Shown piece by piece: positions 51,671-61,629 of a stretch of DNA of 64,000 nt. The translations under genes and the position numbers were made by a program. This DNA is from an uncultured Clostridia bacterium (GTDB taxonomy: Bacteria > Bacillota > Clostridia > TANB77 > CAG-508): positions 7,543-71,542 of the forward strand of contig CANPVP010000007.1 in assembly GCA_947581825.1 (NCBI GenBank), written 5' to 3'. Below the pieces are notes generated by a model. That model was not told the DNA's origin. It did not search any database and saw nothing but the letters and a program-made list of their open reading frames with translations. Position 1 is the first letter of the stretch. Each line of letters opens with the position of its first letter.

Positions 51671-52315
51671 TTAAAAATATTTTAAACAAGTGCTTAAGGC
51701 TTTATTTTTTATTATATTTGTACCATATTCAGTCAATTTTTTTTCAAAAACATTAGAACAACTTACAAAATTTGCAAATTCAACAATAGAAGAACAGAAG
51801 AACTTAGATAATTGCATTTCTGGAATCATTTTAATATTATATAATACTAAATAATATTTATTATTATATAAGTACAGAGAGATTTTTTCAGAAAAGTTTT
51901 CTATGTAAAGAATTAAATTAGGATTTAGTTTTTTTAAATTTTTACAAAAATCACAAAATAAATCAAAAGTTGCAAAACAATAAACTGAACTTGTAAAATT
52001 TAAATCTGGAAGTCTTCTTTTTATACGAAGTTTTTTCTTATAAAAATTCGGTTTTGCTTTTTCAGTTTCGGGAATAATTCTAGTTATTGTTAAAACAAAT
52101 CCTCCATCTGAAACAGCTAAAGCTTCTATCATAATCTTATAATTATCAGTAACAAATCCTATTTTTTCTTCGACTTCATCAAGCATTTCTAAAAAGATTT
52201 TTTGTGATTCAATAGAGTTGGTCATAAAAGTATTTAAATCTATATTTTTTTCTTGTAAATCAGTCGTGTTTAAAATTATTCTGATTTTATTTTCATTTAA
52301 CTTTTCAATTTTCAT
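51671..52315 (-). CDS. mecA: Adaptor protein MecA. The ORF extends to 52330, but the start is likely the MKIEKLNENKIRI methionine.
   Basis: N-terminus MKIEKLNENKIRIILNTTDLQEKNIDL and C-terminal LYLYNNKYYLVLY...LTEYGTNII resemble B. subtilis MecA (MEIERINEHTVKF...LYSFENRYYLYV...LEEYGKLI). Confidence 0.7.
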   Translation of the reverse strand: MKIEKLNENKIRIILNTTDLQEKNIDLNTFMTNSIESQKIFLEMLDEVEEKIGFVTDNYKIMIEALAVSDGGFVLTITRIIPETEKAKPNFYKKKLRIKRRLPDLNFTSSVYCFATFDLFCDFCKNLKKLNPNLILYIENFSEKISLYLYNNKYYLVLYNIKMIPEMQLSKFFCSSIVEFANFVSCSNVFEKKLTEYGTNIIKNKALSTCLKYF

Positions 52316-52539
52316 GAGTAACCTCCGCAAAACAATATATTAGCTTATACATTAATTATACTACTATTAAGTAAGTTTTAAAATGATAAAAATATGGTAG
52401 TGCTTACAATTATTATATGATAAATAAAAAATAATGTGATATGTTCTAAAAATATGAAAAAGACGTTATTTTCATATGTAATTGTTCTTTAATACTTGAA
52501 AAAATTTCATATAGCATATATAATACATATGTAATTTAT

Positions 52540-52851
52540 GTGAGTATACGGAACAAAGGAAAAAGCAACCTAATTGATGGGAGTGAAGTAGCAGTGGCAG
52601 TAAAAGATAAAAATGTTTGGATACTATTAATATTCTTATTATCGGGGCTAGTTATTGGTGGGCTTTTAGGCGAAATAGCATCTAGAGTAGATTTTTTATG
52701 GTGGCTAGCATATGGAGATGATTTTGGAATAAAAAGCCCAGTTAATTTAGATTTTAATGTGCTAAAAATAACATTTTCTTTAATTATAAAAATAAATATT
52801 GCTAGCATAATAGGAATGGCAATAGCTATATTCATATATAGAAAAGTTTAG
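52540..52851 (+). CDS. Small integral membrane protein (possibly DUF4321-like). The start is uncertain and GTG 52597 is possible.
   Basis: Two hydrophobic segments, WILLIFLLSGLVIGGLLG and IASIIGMAIAIFIY. Located upstream of radC-mreBCD. Confidence 0.5.
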   Translation: MSIRNKGKSNLIDGSEVAVAVKDKNVWILLIFLLSGLVIGGLLGEIASRVDFLWWLAYGDDFGIKSPVNLDFNVLKITFSLIIKINIASIIGMAIAIFIYRKV

Positions 52852-52896
52852 TTACTTTTAATAATGGGGAGTAAGAGAGCAAGAAAGGATATAAGT

Positions 52897-53598
52897 ATGT
52901 CAATTAAAATGAAAGAACTTCCCGAATGTGAAAGACCATACGAAAAATTAGAAATGTATGGAGCAGAAAAATTATCTAATGCTGAATTATTGGCAATAAT
53001 AATAAAAACAGGCACAAAAGAAGAAACAGCAGTAAGTTTAGCTCAAAAACTTTTGAAGTCAAGTTCTATATCTAACAGAGATTGTTTAAAATTTCTTCAA
53101 GAGATGTCTATAGAGGAATTTACGAAGATAAAAGGAATTGGAAGAGTAAAAGCCATTCAATTAAAAGCTATATGTGAAATTGCAAAAAGAATGTCTAGAC
53201 CAATAGATACTTTAAAAATAAAGATTAAAAAACCAGAAGATGTAGCAGAATTATTAATGGAGGAGATGCAATATGAAAAAAGGGAGATAGCTAAAGTAAT
53301 GATGCTAAATACTAAAAATATTGTATTAAAAATTGTAGATGTATCTTTTGGAGGAACAAATTTTGCAATGATTGATCCTAAAGAGGTTTTAACAGAGGCA
53401 ATCAAGATGCAAGCTCCAAAAATAATATTAATTCATAATCATCCGAGTGGAGACCCAACACCTAGTTCACAAGATTTTAACATTACTGATAGAATTTATG
53501 ATGCATGTGAAATAATAGGTATAGAATTATTAGACCATATAGTCATAGGAGATGGCTATTTTGAGAGCATATTTAACAAGAAGAAAAGGAGTTTTTAA
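52897..53598 (+). CDS. radC: RadC-like JAB/MPN-domain protein (UPF0758). The ORF is open from 52864 and the likely start is ATG 52897 (MSIKMKELPE).
   Basis: N-terminal LPECERPYEKLEMYGAEKLSNAELLAIIIKTG. JAMM motif HNHPSGDPTPSSQD. Confidence 0.85.
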   Translation: MSIKMKELPECERPYEKLEMYGAEKLSNAELLAIIIKTGTKEETAVSLAQKLLKSSSISNRDCLKFLQEMSIEEFTKIKGIGRVKAIQLKAICEIAKRMSRPIDTLKIKIKKPEDVAELLMEEMQYEKREIAKVMMLNTKNIVLKIVDVSFGGTNFAMIDPKEVLTEAIKMQAPKIILIHNHPSGDPTPSSQDFNITDRIYDACEIIGIELLDHIVIGDGYFESIFNKKKRSF

Positions 53599-54629
53599 TG
53601 AGTACAAACAAAATCTTTAAAAGTAATGATATAGGTATAGACCTAGGAACATCAAACATTCTAGTGGCAATAAAAGGAAAGGGAATTATCCTTAATGAAC
53701 CTTCTGTTGTAGCAATAAAAAATAATACAAATACAGAAATAGCTATGGGAGCCGAAGCAAAAGATATGATAGGAAGAACCCCAGAAAGCATTAGTGCCAT
53801 TAATCCTTTAAAAGGAGGCGTTATTGCAGATTTTGTAGCTACAAGAATATTACTAAATAGAGTTATGGAAAAAGTATATAAAAGGCATAAAATTAGAAAA
53901 CCAAGAGTAATTGTAGGAGTGCCATGTGGAATTACAGAAGTAGAAGAGAGAGCCGTAGAAGAAGTAGTAGTCCAAGCAGGTGCAAGAGAGGTGTACTTAA
54001 TAGAAGAACCTATGGCAGCAGCTATTGGAGCGGGAATAAATGTTGCTGAGCCTACTGGAAATATAATTGTAGATATTGGAGGAGGAACAACAGAAGTTGC
54101 AGTAATTTCACTAGGTGGAATTGTTTTAAGTAATTCTATTAGAATTGCAGGAGACAATTTAGATGAAGATATTATAAATTATGTAAAAAAGAAATATAAT
54201 ATGATAATTGGATTAAAAACAGCTGAAGATATAAAAATAGAATTAGGATGTGCAACTCCAGTAATGTCTGAAAAAACTTTACAAGTAACAGGAAGAGATT
54301 TAGAGAATGGTTTGCCTAAAACAATAATCATTGGATCAGAAGAGGTTAGAATTGCAATAGAAGCATCTTTAGCAGAGATAGTTGAAGTTATAAAGATAAC
54401 TCTAGAAAAAACTCCACCAGAATTGTCATCTGACCTTATGGCACAAGGAATTGTTTTAACAGGAGGAGGAGCACTAATAGAGAATTTAGATTCTTTAATT
54501 AATCAAAGAACTGGAATTACAGTACGTGTATCAGAGAAACCATTGGAAGATGTGGTAAATGGAACTCAGAAAGCCTTAGCAGATTTAGAGAAGCTAAGAA
54601 CAGTATTGAAATATAAAAAAAGGAAGTAA
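53598..54629 (+). CDS. mreB: Rod-shape-determining actin homologue MreB.
   Basis: IGIDLGTSNILVAIKGKGIILNEPSVVAI. 343 aa. TAATG overlap with the radC stop. Confidence 0.95.
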   Translation: MSTNKIFKSNDIGIDLGTSNILVAIKGKGIILNEPSVVAIKNNTNTEIAMGAEAKDMIGRTPESISAINPLKGGVIADFVATRILLNRVMEKVYKRHKIRKPRVIVGVPCGITEVEERAVEEVVVQAGAREVYLIEEPMAAAIGAGINVAEPTGNIIVDIGGGTTEVAVISLGGIVLSNSIRIAGDNLDEDIINYVKKKYNMIIGLKTAEDIKIELGCATPVMSEKTLQVTGRDLENGLPKTIIIGSEEVRIAIEASLAEIVEVIKITLEKTPPELSSDLMAQGIVLTGGGALIENLDSLINQRTGITVRVSEKPLEDVVNGTQKALADLEKLRTVLKYKKRK

Positions 54630-54651
54630 TAAACATAAGTAGGGGGAAATA

Positions 54652-55461
54652 ATGTATAAAAAGAAAAAGGGTATTTTAGGAGTTGTAATAACAACAATTA
54701 TACTAATTATACTAGTTTTTTTAACAAACGTTAATACAGAAAAATTATCATACATTGAAAATGTATGCAATAGCCTCATAATGCCTATTCAAAATGGTAT
54801 AACTTATATAAAAAACAAAATTAATGGAAATAATTCTTTTTTTGAAAATATAAGCGAAATACAAGAGAAAAACAAGGTATTACAAGAAGAAAATACAAAG
54901 CTTGAACAGAGTTTAAGAGAATTAGAAATTATAAAAGCAGAAAATACAACTCTAAAAGAATATCTATCTTTAACAGAAAAATATGAAGAGTTTAAATCAA
55001 TACCTGCATATATAATTAGTAAAGATGTAAGCAATTACAGTAGTGTATTTGTCTTAAATGTTGGAACTGATGATGGAGTGGAAAATGGAATGACTGTTAT
55101 AGCAGATAAGGGGTTGGTAGGTCACGTTATTTCAGTAACAAAATCTACTGCAAAAGTTCAAACAATAATAGATTCTGCAAGTAATGTAAGTGCAAAAATC
55201 AATACTTCAAACGAAAGTATATCTTGTAAGGGTGTGTTAAGTTCAAAAACATTAAAAGCTACATACATTCCAAATGATGCAGAATTAATTTCTGGTGATA
55301 CTGTTCAAACTTCAGGAATGGGAGGAATATATCCAAAAGGTATACACATAGGAACTGTAAGAAAAATAGTATCTACCAACAACATTCTAGATAGATATCT
55401 AGAGATAGAGCCAGCTGTAAATTTTGAAACTGTTGAAACAGTTTTAGTCATAACGCATTAG
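54652..55461 (+). CDS. mreC: Rod-shape-determining protein MreC.
   Basis: N-terminal TM helix, coiled coil (LQEENTKLEQSLRELE), then a beta-rich C-terminal domain. Position after mreB. Confidence 0.85.
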   Translation: MYKKKKGILGVVITTIILIILVFLTNVNTEKLSYIENVCNSLIMPIQNGITYIKNKINGNNSFFENISEIQEKNKVLQEENTKLEQSLRELEIIKAENTTLKEYLSLTEKYEEFKSIPAYIISKDVSNYSSVFVLNVGTDDGVENGMTVIADKGLVGHVISVTKSTAKVQTIIDSASNVSAKINTSNESISCKGVLSSKTLKATYIPNDAELISGDTVQTSGMGGIYPKGIHIGTVRKIVSTNNILDRYLEIEPAVNFETVETVLVITH

Positions 55462-55506
55462 AGATAATGAAAGAGTGCTTTTACCATGGAAGGAATGAGA
55501 TAAAAT

Positions 55507-56040
55507 TTGAAAAATATTCTAGTAGGAATAGTATCTTTTATAGTGTTTTTAATAATATATTTTTTACAAATAAATTTTTTTAGTTGGTTTAATATATCTG
55601 GTGTAAAGCCAAATCTTTTTGTAATTTTAGTATTATTTCTAGGACTATATGCTGGGCAGAGAAATGGATTAGTTTTAGGAATAATATTTGGACTTTTTCT
55701 GGATATGACAATGGGTAGAAATATAGGAATATCAGCAATAATGTTATCTATAATAGGTATTTTAGGAGGATATTTCGATAAAAATTTTTCTAAAGATAGT
55801 AGAATAACAATAATGCTAATGGCAGTAGGCTCAACACTTGTTTTTGAATTAGGTTCATATTTATTAAATGCTATGTTGTTAAGCTACAGAATAGATATAT
55901 TAAATTTCATAAGAATAGTGATTATAGAAATGTTTTTCAATATGATGCTTATAATTATTTTATATCCACTGCTAAAAAAAGTAGGATATATGCTAGAAAA
56001 TATGTACAAATCTACGCAAGTACTTACAAGATACTTTTAA
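55507..56040 (+). CDS. mreD: Rod-shape-determining protein MreD.
   Basis: 177-aa polytopic membrane protein following mreC. Confidence 0.75.
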   Translation: MKNILVGIVSFIVFLIIYFLQINFFSWFNISGVKPNLFVILVLFLGLYAGQRNGLVLGIIFGLFLDMTMGRNIGISAIMLSIIGILGGYFDKNFSKDSRITIMLMAVGSTLVFELGSYLLNAMLLSYRIDILNFIRIVIIEMFFNMMLIIILYPLLKKVGYMLENMYKSTQVLTRYF

Positions 56041-56064
56041 ACTATTATTGAAAGAAGGCGAAAA

Positions 56065-58155
56065 ATGGGAAATAAAGGACCAAACATAAATATAAGATAT
56101 AATGTTATGACTGTACTTATATATGTAATAGGAATAATTTTTTTAATAAGATTATTTAGCCTTCAAATAATAAGTGGAGCCGAGTATAGGGAAACATCTA
56201 ATACAAGGCTTTCAAGAGAAACATCGCTAAAAGCAGCAAGAGGAAATATAACTGATAGATCTGGAAATGTTTTAGCAGGAACGCATATGGGGTTTGGATT
56301 AGAGTTTTATAAAAGTAAAGCTGATAATAAAACTTTAAATGATACAATATTAAGAATAATAACTGTTTTAGATGAAAAAGGGGAAAAATATGATGATACA
56401 TTTCCTATAAGTATAAATCCTTTTAAATTTACTTTTTCAAATAAAGAAGCAGAAATTGCTTGGAAGCAAAAATATGAGATTGATGTGAATACATCAGCAG
56501 AAGATTGTTTTTACATATTCCAAGAAAAATATAAGATTGATAATGAGTATATAGAAGATATAAGGAAAATTATAACAGTAAGATATAGAATAGAAACAGA
56601 AGGATATAGTTCAACAAAATCAATAAAATTAGCAGATGATATAAAAAGGGATACAGCAGTTACTTTTAGGGAAAGAAGTTCAGATTTCCCTGGAATAAAT
56701 GTAACTTTAAGTGCTATAAGGGAATATCCAAATAGAAATTTAGCATCTCATATAGTTGGATATATAGGAAAAATAGGAGAAGAAGAATATAAAGCTAACA
56801 AAGATCAAGGATATTTAATAAGCGATTATGTAGGAAAAACTGGTATAGAATATACTTTTGAAAAATACTTAAAAGGAACAGATGGAGTAAAACAAATAGA
56901 CATGGCAGTTGATGGAACTGTTAATGATGAATATATAGTAGAAGAAGCGACAGGCGGAGCAAATGTTGCACTAACAATTGATGCAAATCTTCAACAAGTT
57001 GCAGAAAATGCTCTAGAAGAAGCTGTAATAGGACTTCAGAAAGGAAAATATAATAAAACAAAATATAAATCTAATTGGGGGGCAGTCGTTGTTATGGAAG
57101 TAAAAACTGGAGAAATATTAGCAATGGCAAGTTATCCTGATTATGATCCAAATATGTTTGTTGGAGTAGTAGATGATAAAGACTGGAAAGATGTTAGCGA
57201 AGGAAATAAATTGTTTAATAATGCAATACAAGGTTCATCAGCACCAGGTTCTACTTTTAAAATGGTAACAGGTATTGCTGCTTTAGAAACAGGAAAAGTA
57301 GATAGATATGATACTGTTAATGATGTTGGAATCTATTATAAAGCACATAACCCAGTATGTTGGTACTATACGAGCTACAAAACGGGACATGGTTATTTAA
57401 ATATGGAACATGCATTAGAACGTTCATGTAACTACTTCTTCTATGAAATGGGAGACCGTGTAGGAATTGATACTTTGGAGAAATATGCTAGATATTTTGG
57501 ATTAGGTTCAAAAACAGGAGTAGAATTACCAAGTGAAACTGCAGGAACGGTAGCGAGTAAATCTGAAGCAGAAAAAGATGGTGAACAATGGTCAGAGGGA
57601 AGTACTTTATCTGCAGCAATAGGTCAAAGCTATAATAACTTTTCTCCAATACAAATGGCAAAATATGTTGCGATGATTGCTAATGGAGGAAAAAAAGTAA
57701 ATCCAACAATAGTAAAATCAATAATTAATGCAGATGGTTCAGAAGTCAAAAAAGATGAAATAAACAAATATGTTAAAAAAAGATTGAATTTAACAGATGA
57801 TAAAGCAGAAGATTTAAAAATTTCTGAAGAAAGTTTGGATACAATACGTTCAGGAATGAAACTTGTTACAACATCTGGAAGCGGTACAGCATATTCAGTA
57901 TTTAAAGGATTTAATATAACAGTAGCAGGAAAAACAGGTTCCGCACAAGCGGGAGATGTAACGAATGGATGGTTTGTTGGGTTTGCACCATATAAATCAC
58001 CAGAAATTGCTGTAGCAGTTTTAATAGAAGATGGAGCAACAGGAGGAGCAACAGGAACAGTTGCAAGACAAGTTATTGCACAATATTTTGGAATGAATGC
58101 AACAGATATAAAAGAGGATGTGACAGCAATGCCAAGCGTAGAAATACAAAGATAA
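56065..58155 (+). CDS. mrdA: Penicillin-binding protein 2 (elongasome transpeptidase).
   Basis: N-terminal TM helix, dimerisation domain, transpeptidase motifs SAPGSTFK (SxxK), SCN and KTGSAQ (KTG). 696 aa. Confidence 0.9.
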   Translation: MGNKGPNINIRYNVMTVLIYVIGIIFLIRLFSLQIISGAEYRETSNTRLSRETSLKAARGNITDRSGNVLAGTHMGFGLEFYKSKADNKTLNDTILRIITVLDEKGEKYDDTFPISINPFKFTFSNKEAEIAWKQKYEIDVNTSAEDCFYIFQEKYKIDNEYIEDIRKIITVRYRIETEGYSSTKSIKLADDIKRDTAVTFRERSSDFPGINVTLSAIREYPNRNLASHIVGYIGKIGEEEYKANKDQGYLISDYVGKTGIEYTFEKYLKGTDGVKQIDMAVDGTVNDEYIVEEATGGANVALTIDANLQQVAENALEEAVIGLQKGKYNKTKYKSNWGAVVVMEVKTGEILAMASYPDYDPNMFVGVVDDKDWKDVSEGNKLFNNAIQGSSAPGSTFKMVTGIAALETGKVDRYDTVNDVGIYYKAHNPVCWYYTSYKTGHGYLNMEHALERSCNYFFYEMGDRVGIDTLEKYARYFGLGSKTGVELPSETAGTVASKSEAEKDGEQWSEGSTLSAAIGQSYNNFSPIQMAKYVAMIANGGKKVNPTIVKSIINADGSEVKKDEINKYVKKRLNLTDDKAEDLKISEESLDTIRSGMKLVTTSGSGTAYSVFKGFNITVAGKTGSAQAGDVTNGWFVGFAPYKSPEIAVAVLIEDGATGGATGTVARQVIAQYFGMNATDIKEDVTAMPSVEIQR

Positions 58156-58185
58156 AATAATTAGTTATAAGAAAGAGGAAGAGTA

Positions 58186-58818
58186 ATGAGAAATTGCACA
58201 ATCATAACAGTAGGAGCAAAAGAAATAAAAATAAAAGTAGATGAAAAAGCAACACATGTAGAATTAATGGAATCTTTAAAAAAGAAAATGAATAAAATAA
58301 AAGATGCTGTTGAAGATGAAAAATTACCAATAAGGTTTGCAGGAAAAATATTAAGAATAAAAGAAATGTCAGAAATTGAAGAATTAATACATAAAAATGT
58401 ACAAGTAAAAATTAATTTTGATAGTCCAAAAGCCTTAGGGCTACATGAAATTAAAAATACATTTACTACAGAATTAGAAACATCAGATACTAAATTTCAT
58501 AAAGGTTCTATTAGATCTGGAATGAAATTAGAATATGAAGGTAGTTTAGTAATATTAGGGGATGTAAATGCAGGTGCAGAAGTAATTGCAGGTGATAATA
58601 TTGTAGTAGTAGGATATTTAAGAGGATTAGCACATGCAGGTGCAAAAGGAAATAAAAAATGTATAATTTCAGCATCACAAATAGAAGCACCTCAATTGAG
58701 AATCGCTAACATAGTAAAAGAAGTTGAAAGAGAAGAATATGAAAATGCTGTAATGGTAAAAAAATATGCATTTGTAAAAGAAAAAGAAGATGGAAGTGAA
58801 GAGATAATAATAAAATAA
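58186..58818 (+). CDS. minC: Septum site-determining protein MinC.
   Basis: C-terminal beta-helix region GSIRSGMKLEYEGSLVILGDVNAGAEVIAGDNIVVVGYLRGLAHAGAKG. Confidence 0.85.
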   Translation: MRNCTIITVGAKEIKIKVDEKATHVELMESLKKKMNKIKDAVEDEKLPIRFAGKILRIKEMSEIEELIHKNVQVKINFDSPKALGLHEIKNTFTTELETSDTKFHKGSIRSGMKLEYEGSLVILGDVNAGAEVIAGDNIVVVGYLRGLAHAGAKGNKKCIISASQIEAPQLRIANIVKEVEREEYENAVMVKKYAFVKEKEDGSEEIIIK

Positions 58819-58826
58819 AAGACGTA

Positions 58827-59381
58827 ATGGGAGTAAGAGAAAAAATGAAATGGAAGAATTTTTGGGGACACTTATATACAGTAACTAAACATAAATGGGA
58901 GGTATTTAAATTAAGTATAAGAGCAGGAATTCCTATAAGAGGTTTGTTGCATGATTTATCTAAATATTCCCCAACAGAATTTTGGGAAGGTGTAAAATAC
59001 TATAATGGGAAAAGAAGTCCTATTATAATGTGTAAGAACGAAAAAGGTTATTCTAAGGCATGGTTGCATCACAAAGGAAGGAATAAACATCATTTTGAAT
59101 ATTGGGTAGATTTTACAGCACCAGATAAAACACCAGTAATACCATACAAATATACAGTAGAAATGGTTTGCGATACATTAGCTGCAGGATTAGTATATAT
59201 GGGAAAAGATTGGAATCAAAGTGAACCATTACAATATTTTAATAGAAGAAGAGATAGAGAATATTTAAATGATAAAATAGAAAATGTTATGTTAGAAGTT
59301 TATAGACAGGTTGAGAAAAATGGAATAAAAAAGACAGTAACAAAAAAGAATCTAAAGAAAATTTATAATATGTATGTGTAG
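58827..59381 (+). CDS. Hypothetical protein with a possible HD-domain-like His/Asp pattern. It occupies the position where minD/minE usually follow minC. Start may be M at 58842.
   Basis: Residue spacing H...LLHDLSK...WLHHKGRNKHH...D is reminiscent of HD phosphohydrolases. No firm family assignment. Confidence 0.4.
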   Translation: MGVREKMKWKNFWGHLYTVTKHKWEVFKLSIRAGIPIRGLLHDLSKYSPTEFWEGVKYYNGKRSPIIMCKNEKGYSKAWLHHKGRNKHHFEYWVDFTAPDKTPVIPYKYTVEMVCDTLAAGLVYMGKDWNQSEPLQYFNRRRDREYLNDKIENVMLEVYRQVEKNGIKKTVTKKNLKKIYNMYV

Positions 59382-59441
59382 AGATGTTAAATTTATTCAA
59401 TAAATTTTCTATGCTTTTTTCTCGCTCGTCCCAACTTCGTA

Positions 59442-59490
59442 GAAAATATAAAAAGAAATGCATCTAAAGATACATTTCTTTTATATTTTC
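59442..59490. terminator. AT-rich 19-bp inverted repeat in a convergent intergenic region (candidate bidirectional terminator).
   Basis: gaaaatataaaaagaaatg-catctaaagata-catttcttttatattttc. Confidence 0.45.
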
Positions 59491-59577
59491 TAACTCGTCG
59501 GTCCCCACACAAGCTCGCTACGAAAAAACATAGAAAATTATATAATATATCATAAAACATGAAATGGTCGCCCGTTT

Positions 59578-60858
59578 TTATAATCTATAATTTTTTTTAC
59601 TAAGAGCCATTTTTGCTTTTTTCTTCATAAATACAAGAAGCAAAGAGAATAATACTAATAGAAAAATTATTAATACGACTCTTACAATAATAAGAACATA
59701 AGAAACTTTTTCTACATCTGAGTTAGCAACTAAGTTAGAAGAATATGTCTCACCGTCTATATCATATGTTACAGTTCCTAATACATCTCCTTTTTTTATA
59801 GGAGCTTTTAAATTTTCCTTTATATCTATTTTAGGATCTAATTCGGATATAGAAATACTTTTATCAATAAATGCTGAAATGTCTGATTCATAAGCAATAT
59901 CTAAATTTTTGGTTTCTTTAGTAGCATTACTAATTGTAGCTTGTGAACAAATATCCCCTTGATTTGCAATATTTTCTATTGTATAATTATCAAAGGCAAA
60001 ATTAAATAATGTTTTACAGTCTAAATATTTTTCTCTTAAGCCTTCTTTGGTATAACCACCACCAAGTACAACAGCAATGTATTCTATACCATTTTTTTCT
60101 GCACTGGCTACGATACAATCTTTTGAATTGTCTGTAAATCCAGTTTTTACTCCAGTAACATAATCACAATAATAAGCTTTCATACTTTCTCTAATCATTG
60201 AATTTGTTGACACAAAATATCTATCATTTTTTTTGTATATATCTGTTGCAGGAAGAGTGTAATCAGGTTTCTTAACTATTTCCCTGAAAGTATCAAATTG
60301 AAGAGCATAGTCTGCTAATAAATATAAATCATAAGCAGTAGAGTAATGATCGTCTTGATGTAATCCGCTAGGATTTAAGAAGTTTGAACCTGTACATCCA
60401 ATTTCTTTTGCTTTTGAATTCATTAGTTTAGCAAATTCTTCTATTGAACCAGAAACATGCTCTGCAAGTACATTTGCAGCATCATTAGCTGAAGGAATTA
60501 ATAAAGCATGTAATAATTCATAAACTGTAAATTGTTCACCTTCTTTTAAGCCAGCTGTTGTATAGTCCCAAGGAACGCTCATTATTGCATTATTGCTAAC
60601 TGTAGCTTTTTCGTTTAAATCACAATTTTCTAAAACTAAAATGGCAGTTAATATTTTGGTTGTGGATGCCATATAAATTTTATCATAAGCTTTTTTCTCA
60701 TATAAAATTTTTCCTGTACTTCTTTCAACTAATATAATATTTGGACAGTAAGTTTGTAAAGATGAAGAATCAGCGACTGCATAAACATTGTTTAAGCCAA
60801 AAATATTTAATATTAGTATTACTAGTATAATTATTAATAAAAATTTTTTCTTAATCAT
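59578..60858 (-). CDS. Serine-type D-Ala-D-Ala carboxypeptidase (PBP5/DacF-like, peptidase S11).
   Basis: Signal peptide. SxxK = ASTTK, SxN = PSAND, KTG = KTGFT. C-terminal membrane anchor. Confidence 0.85.
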   Translation of the reverse strand: MIKKKFLLIIILVILILNIFGLNNVYAVADSSSLQTYCPNIILVERSTGKILYEKKAYDKIYMASTTKILTAILVLENCDLNEKATVSNNAIMSVPWDYTTAGLKEGEQFTVYELLHALLIPSANDAANVLAEHVSGSIEEFAKLMNSKAKEIGCTGSNFLNPSGLHQDDHYSTAYDLYLLADYALQFDTFREIVKKPDYTLPATDIYKKNDRYFVSTNSMIRESMKAYYCDYVTGVKTGFTDNSKDCIVASAEKNGIEYIAVVLGGGYTKEGLREKYLDCKTLFNFAFDNYTIENIANQGDICSQATISNATKETKNLDIAYESDISAFIDKSISISELDPKIDIKENLKAPIKKGDVLGTVTYDIDGETYSSNLVANSDVEKVSYVLIIVRVVLIIFLLVLFSLLLVFMKKKAKMALSKKNYRL

Positions 60859-60937
60859 TTGTTTTGGTCTCCTAAAAATAAAATTAGTTATACTATATAT
60901 TAAATTACAAAAAAAATCAACATACGGAGGTAGAATA

Positions 60938-61589
60938 ATGAAGGTTTTTGGTGAAAAAAGAAATTTTATATTTTTTATTGTAGGTATATGTTGTGCAATA
61001 TTAATAATAGTTGTTTTTAATTTATATGTAACGAATAATAAAACTATAACAGACGAAGAAGATTTTTTTAATAATATAGAAAATAATAATTATTCAGAAA
61101 ATAATGAATTAAATGATAATATAGAAAACAACGAATTAAAAGAAGAAAAACTATTAACAATACATGTGGCTCGGAGCTGTAAAAAAAGAAGGTGTTATTA
61201 AAATAAAAGAAAATTCAAGAATAATTGATGCAATAGGAGAAGCGGGAGGACTAACAAAAGATGCAGATTTAAAAAAAGTTAATTTAGCGTATAGCATAAA
61301 TGATGGACAAAAAATATATATCCCAAGTATAAACGATAAAGAGGAATTTGAAATAGTAAGCAATGGAATAAATGAAGGAGGAGTGGCAAACGAAAAAGGA
61401 ATGGTAAATATAAATACAGCAACTCAAACACAATTAGAAGAATTATCGGGGATTGGACCTTCTACAGCGAGTAGTATTATTTCATATAGACAAGAAAAAG
61501 GAAAATTTAAAAGTATAGATGAGATAAAAAATGTATCTGGAATAGGAGAAGCAAAATATAATAAGATTAAGGAAAATATTTGTGTGTAA
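60938..61589 (+). pseudogene. comEA: Competence protein ComEA (SLBB plus tandem helix-hairpin-helix DNA-binding protein) interrupted by a +1 frameshift near nt 61172.
   Basis: N-part 60938-61201 (GGAGGT RBS, TM helix, ...LLTIHVA then RSCKKRRCY stop). C-part in the next frame from 61164: (W)LGAVKKEGVIKIKENSRIIDAIGEAGGLTKDADL...INTATQTQLEELSGIGPSTASSII...IKNVSGIGEAKYNKI. Deleting the C at 61172 (gct-c-gga) restores the consensus HVAGAVKKEGV SLBB motif. Confidence 0.75.
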
Positions 61590-61629
61590 ATACAATATAA
61601 AAAAATAAAAAAGAGTATAAAATACTCTT

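Noticed and set aside
59566-59580. Third copy of the 73-nt repeat element.
   Set aside because: Only the terminal ggtcgcccgttttt 14-mer matches, and the inverted-repeat core is absent. It is probably just the tail of an ordinary terminator. It is mentioned within the repeat finding but not annotated as a copy.
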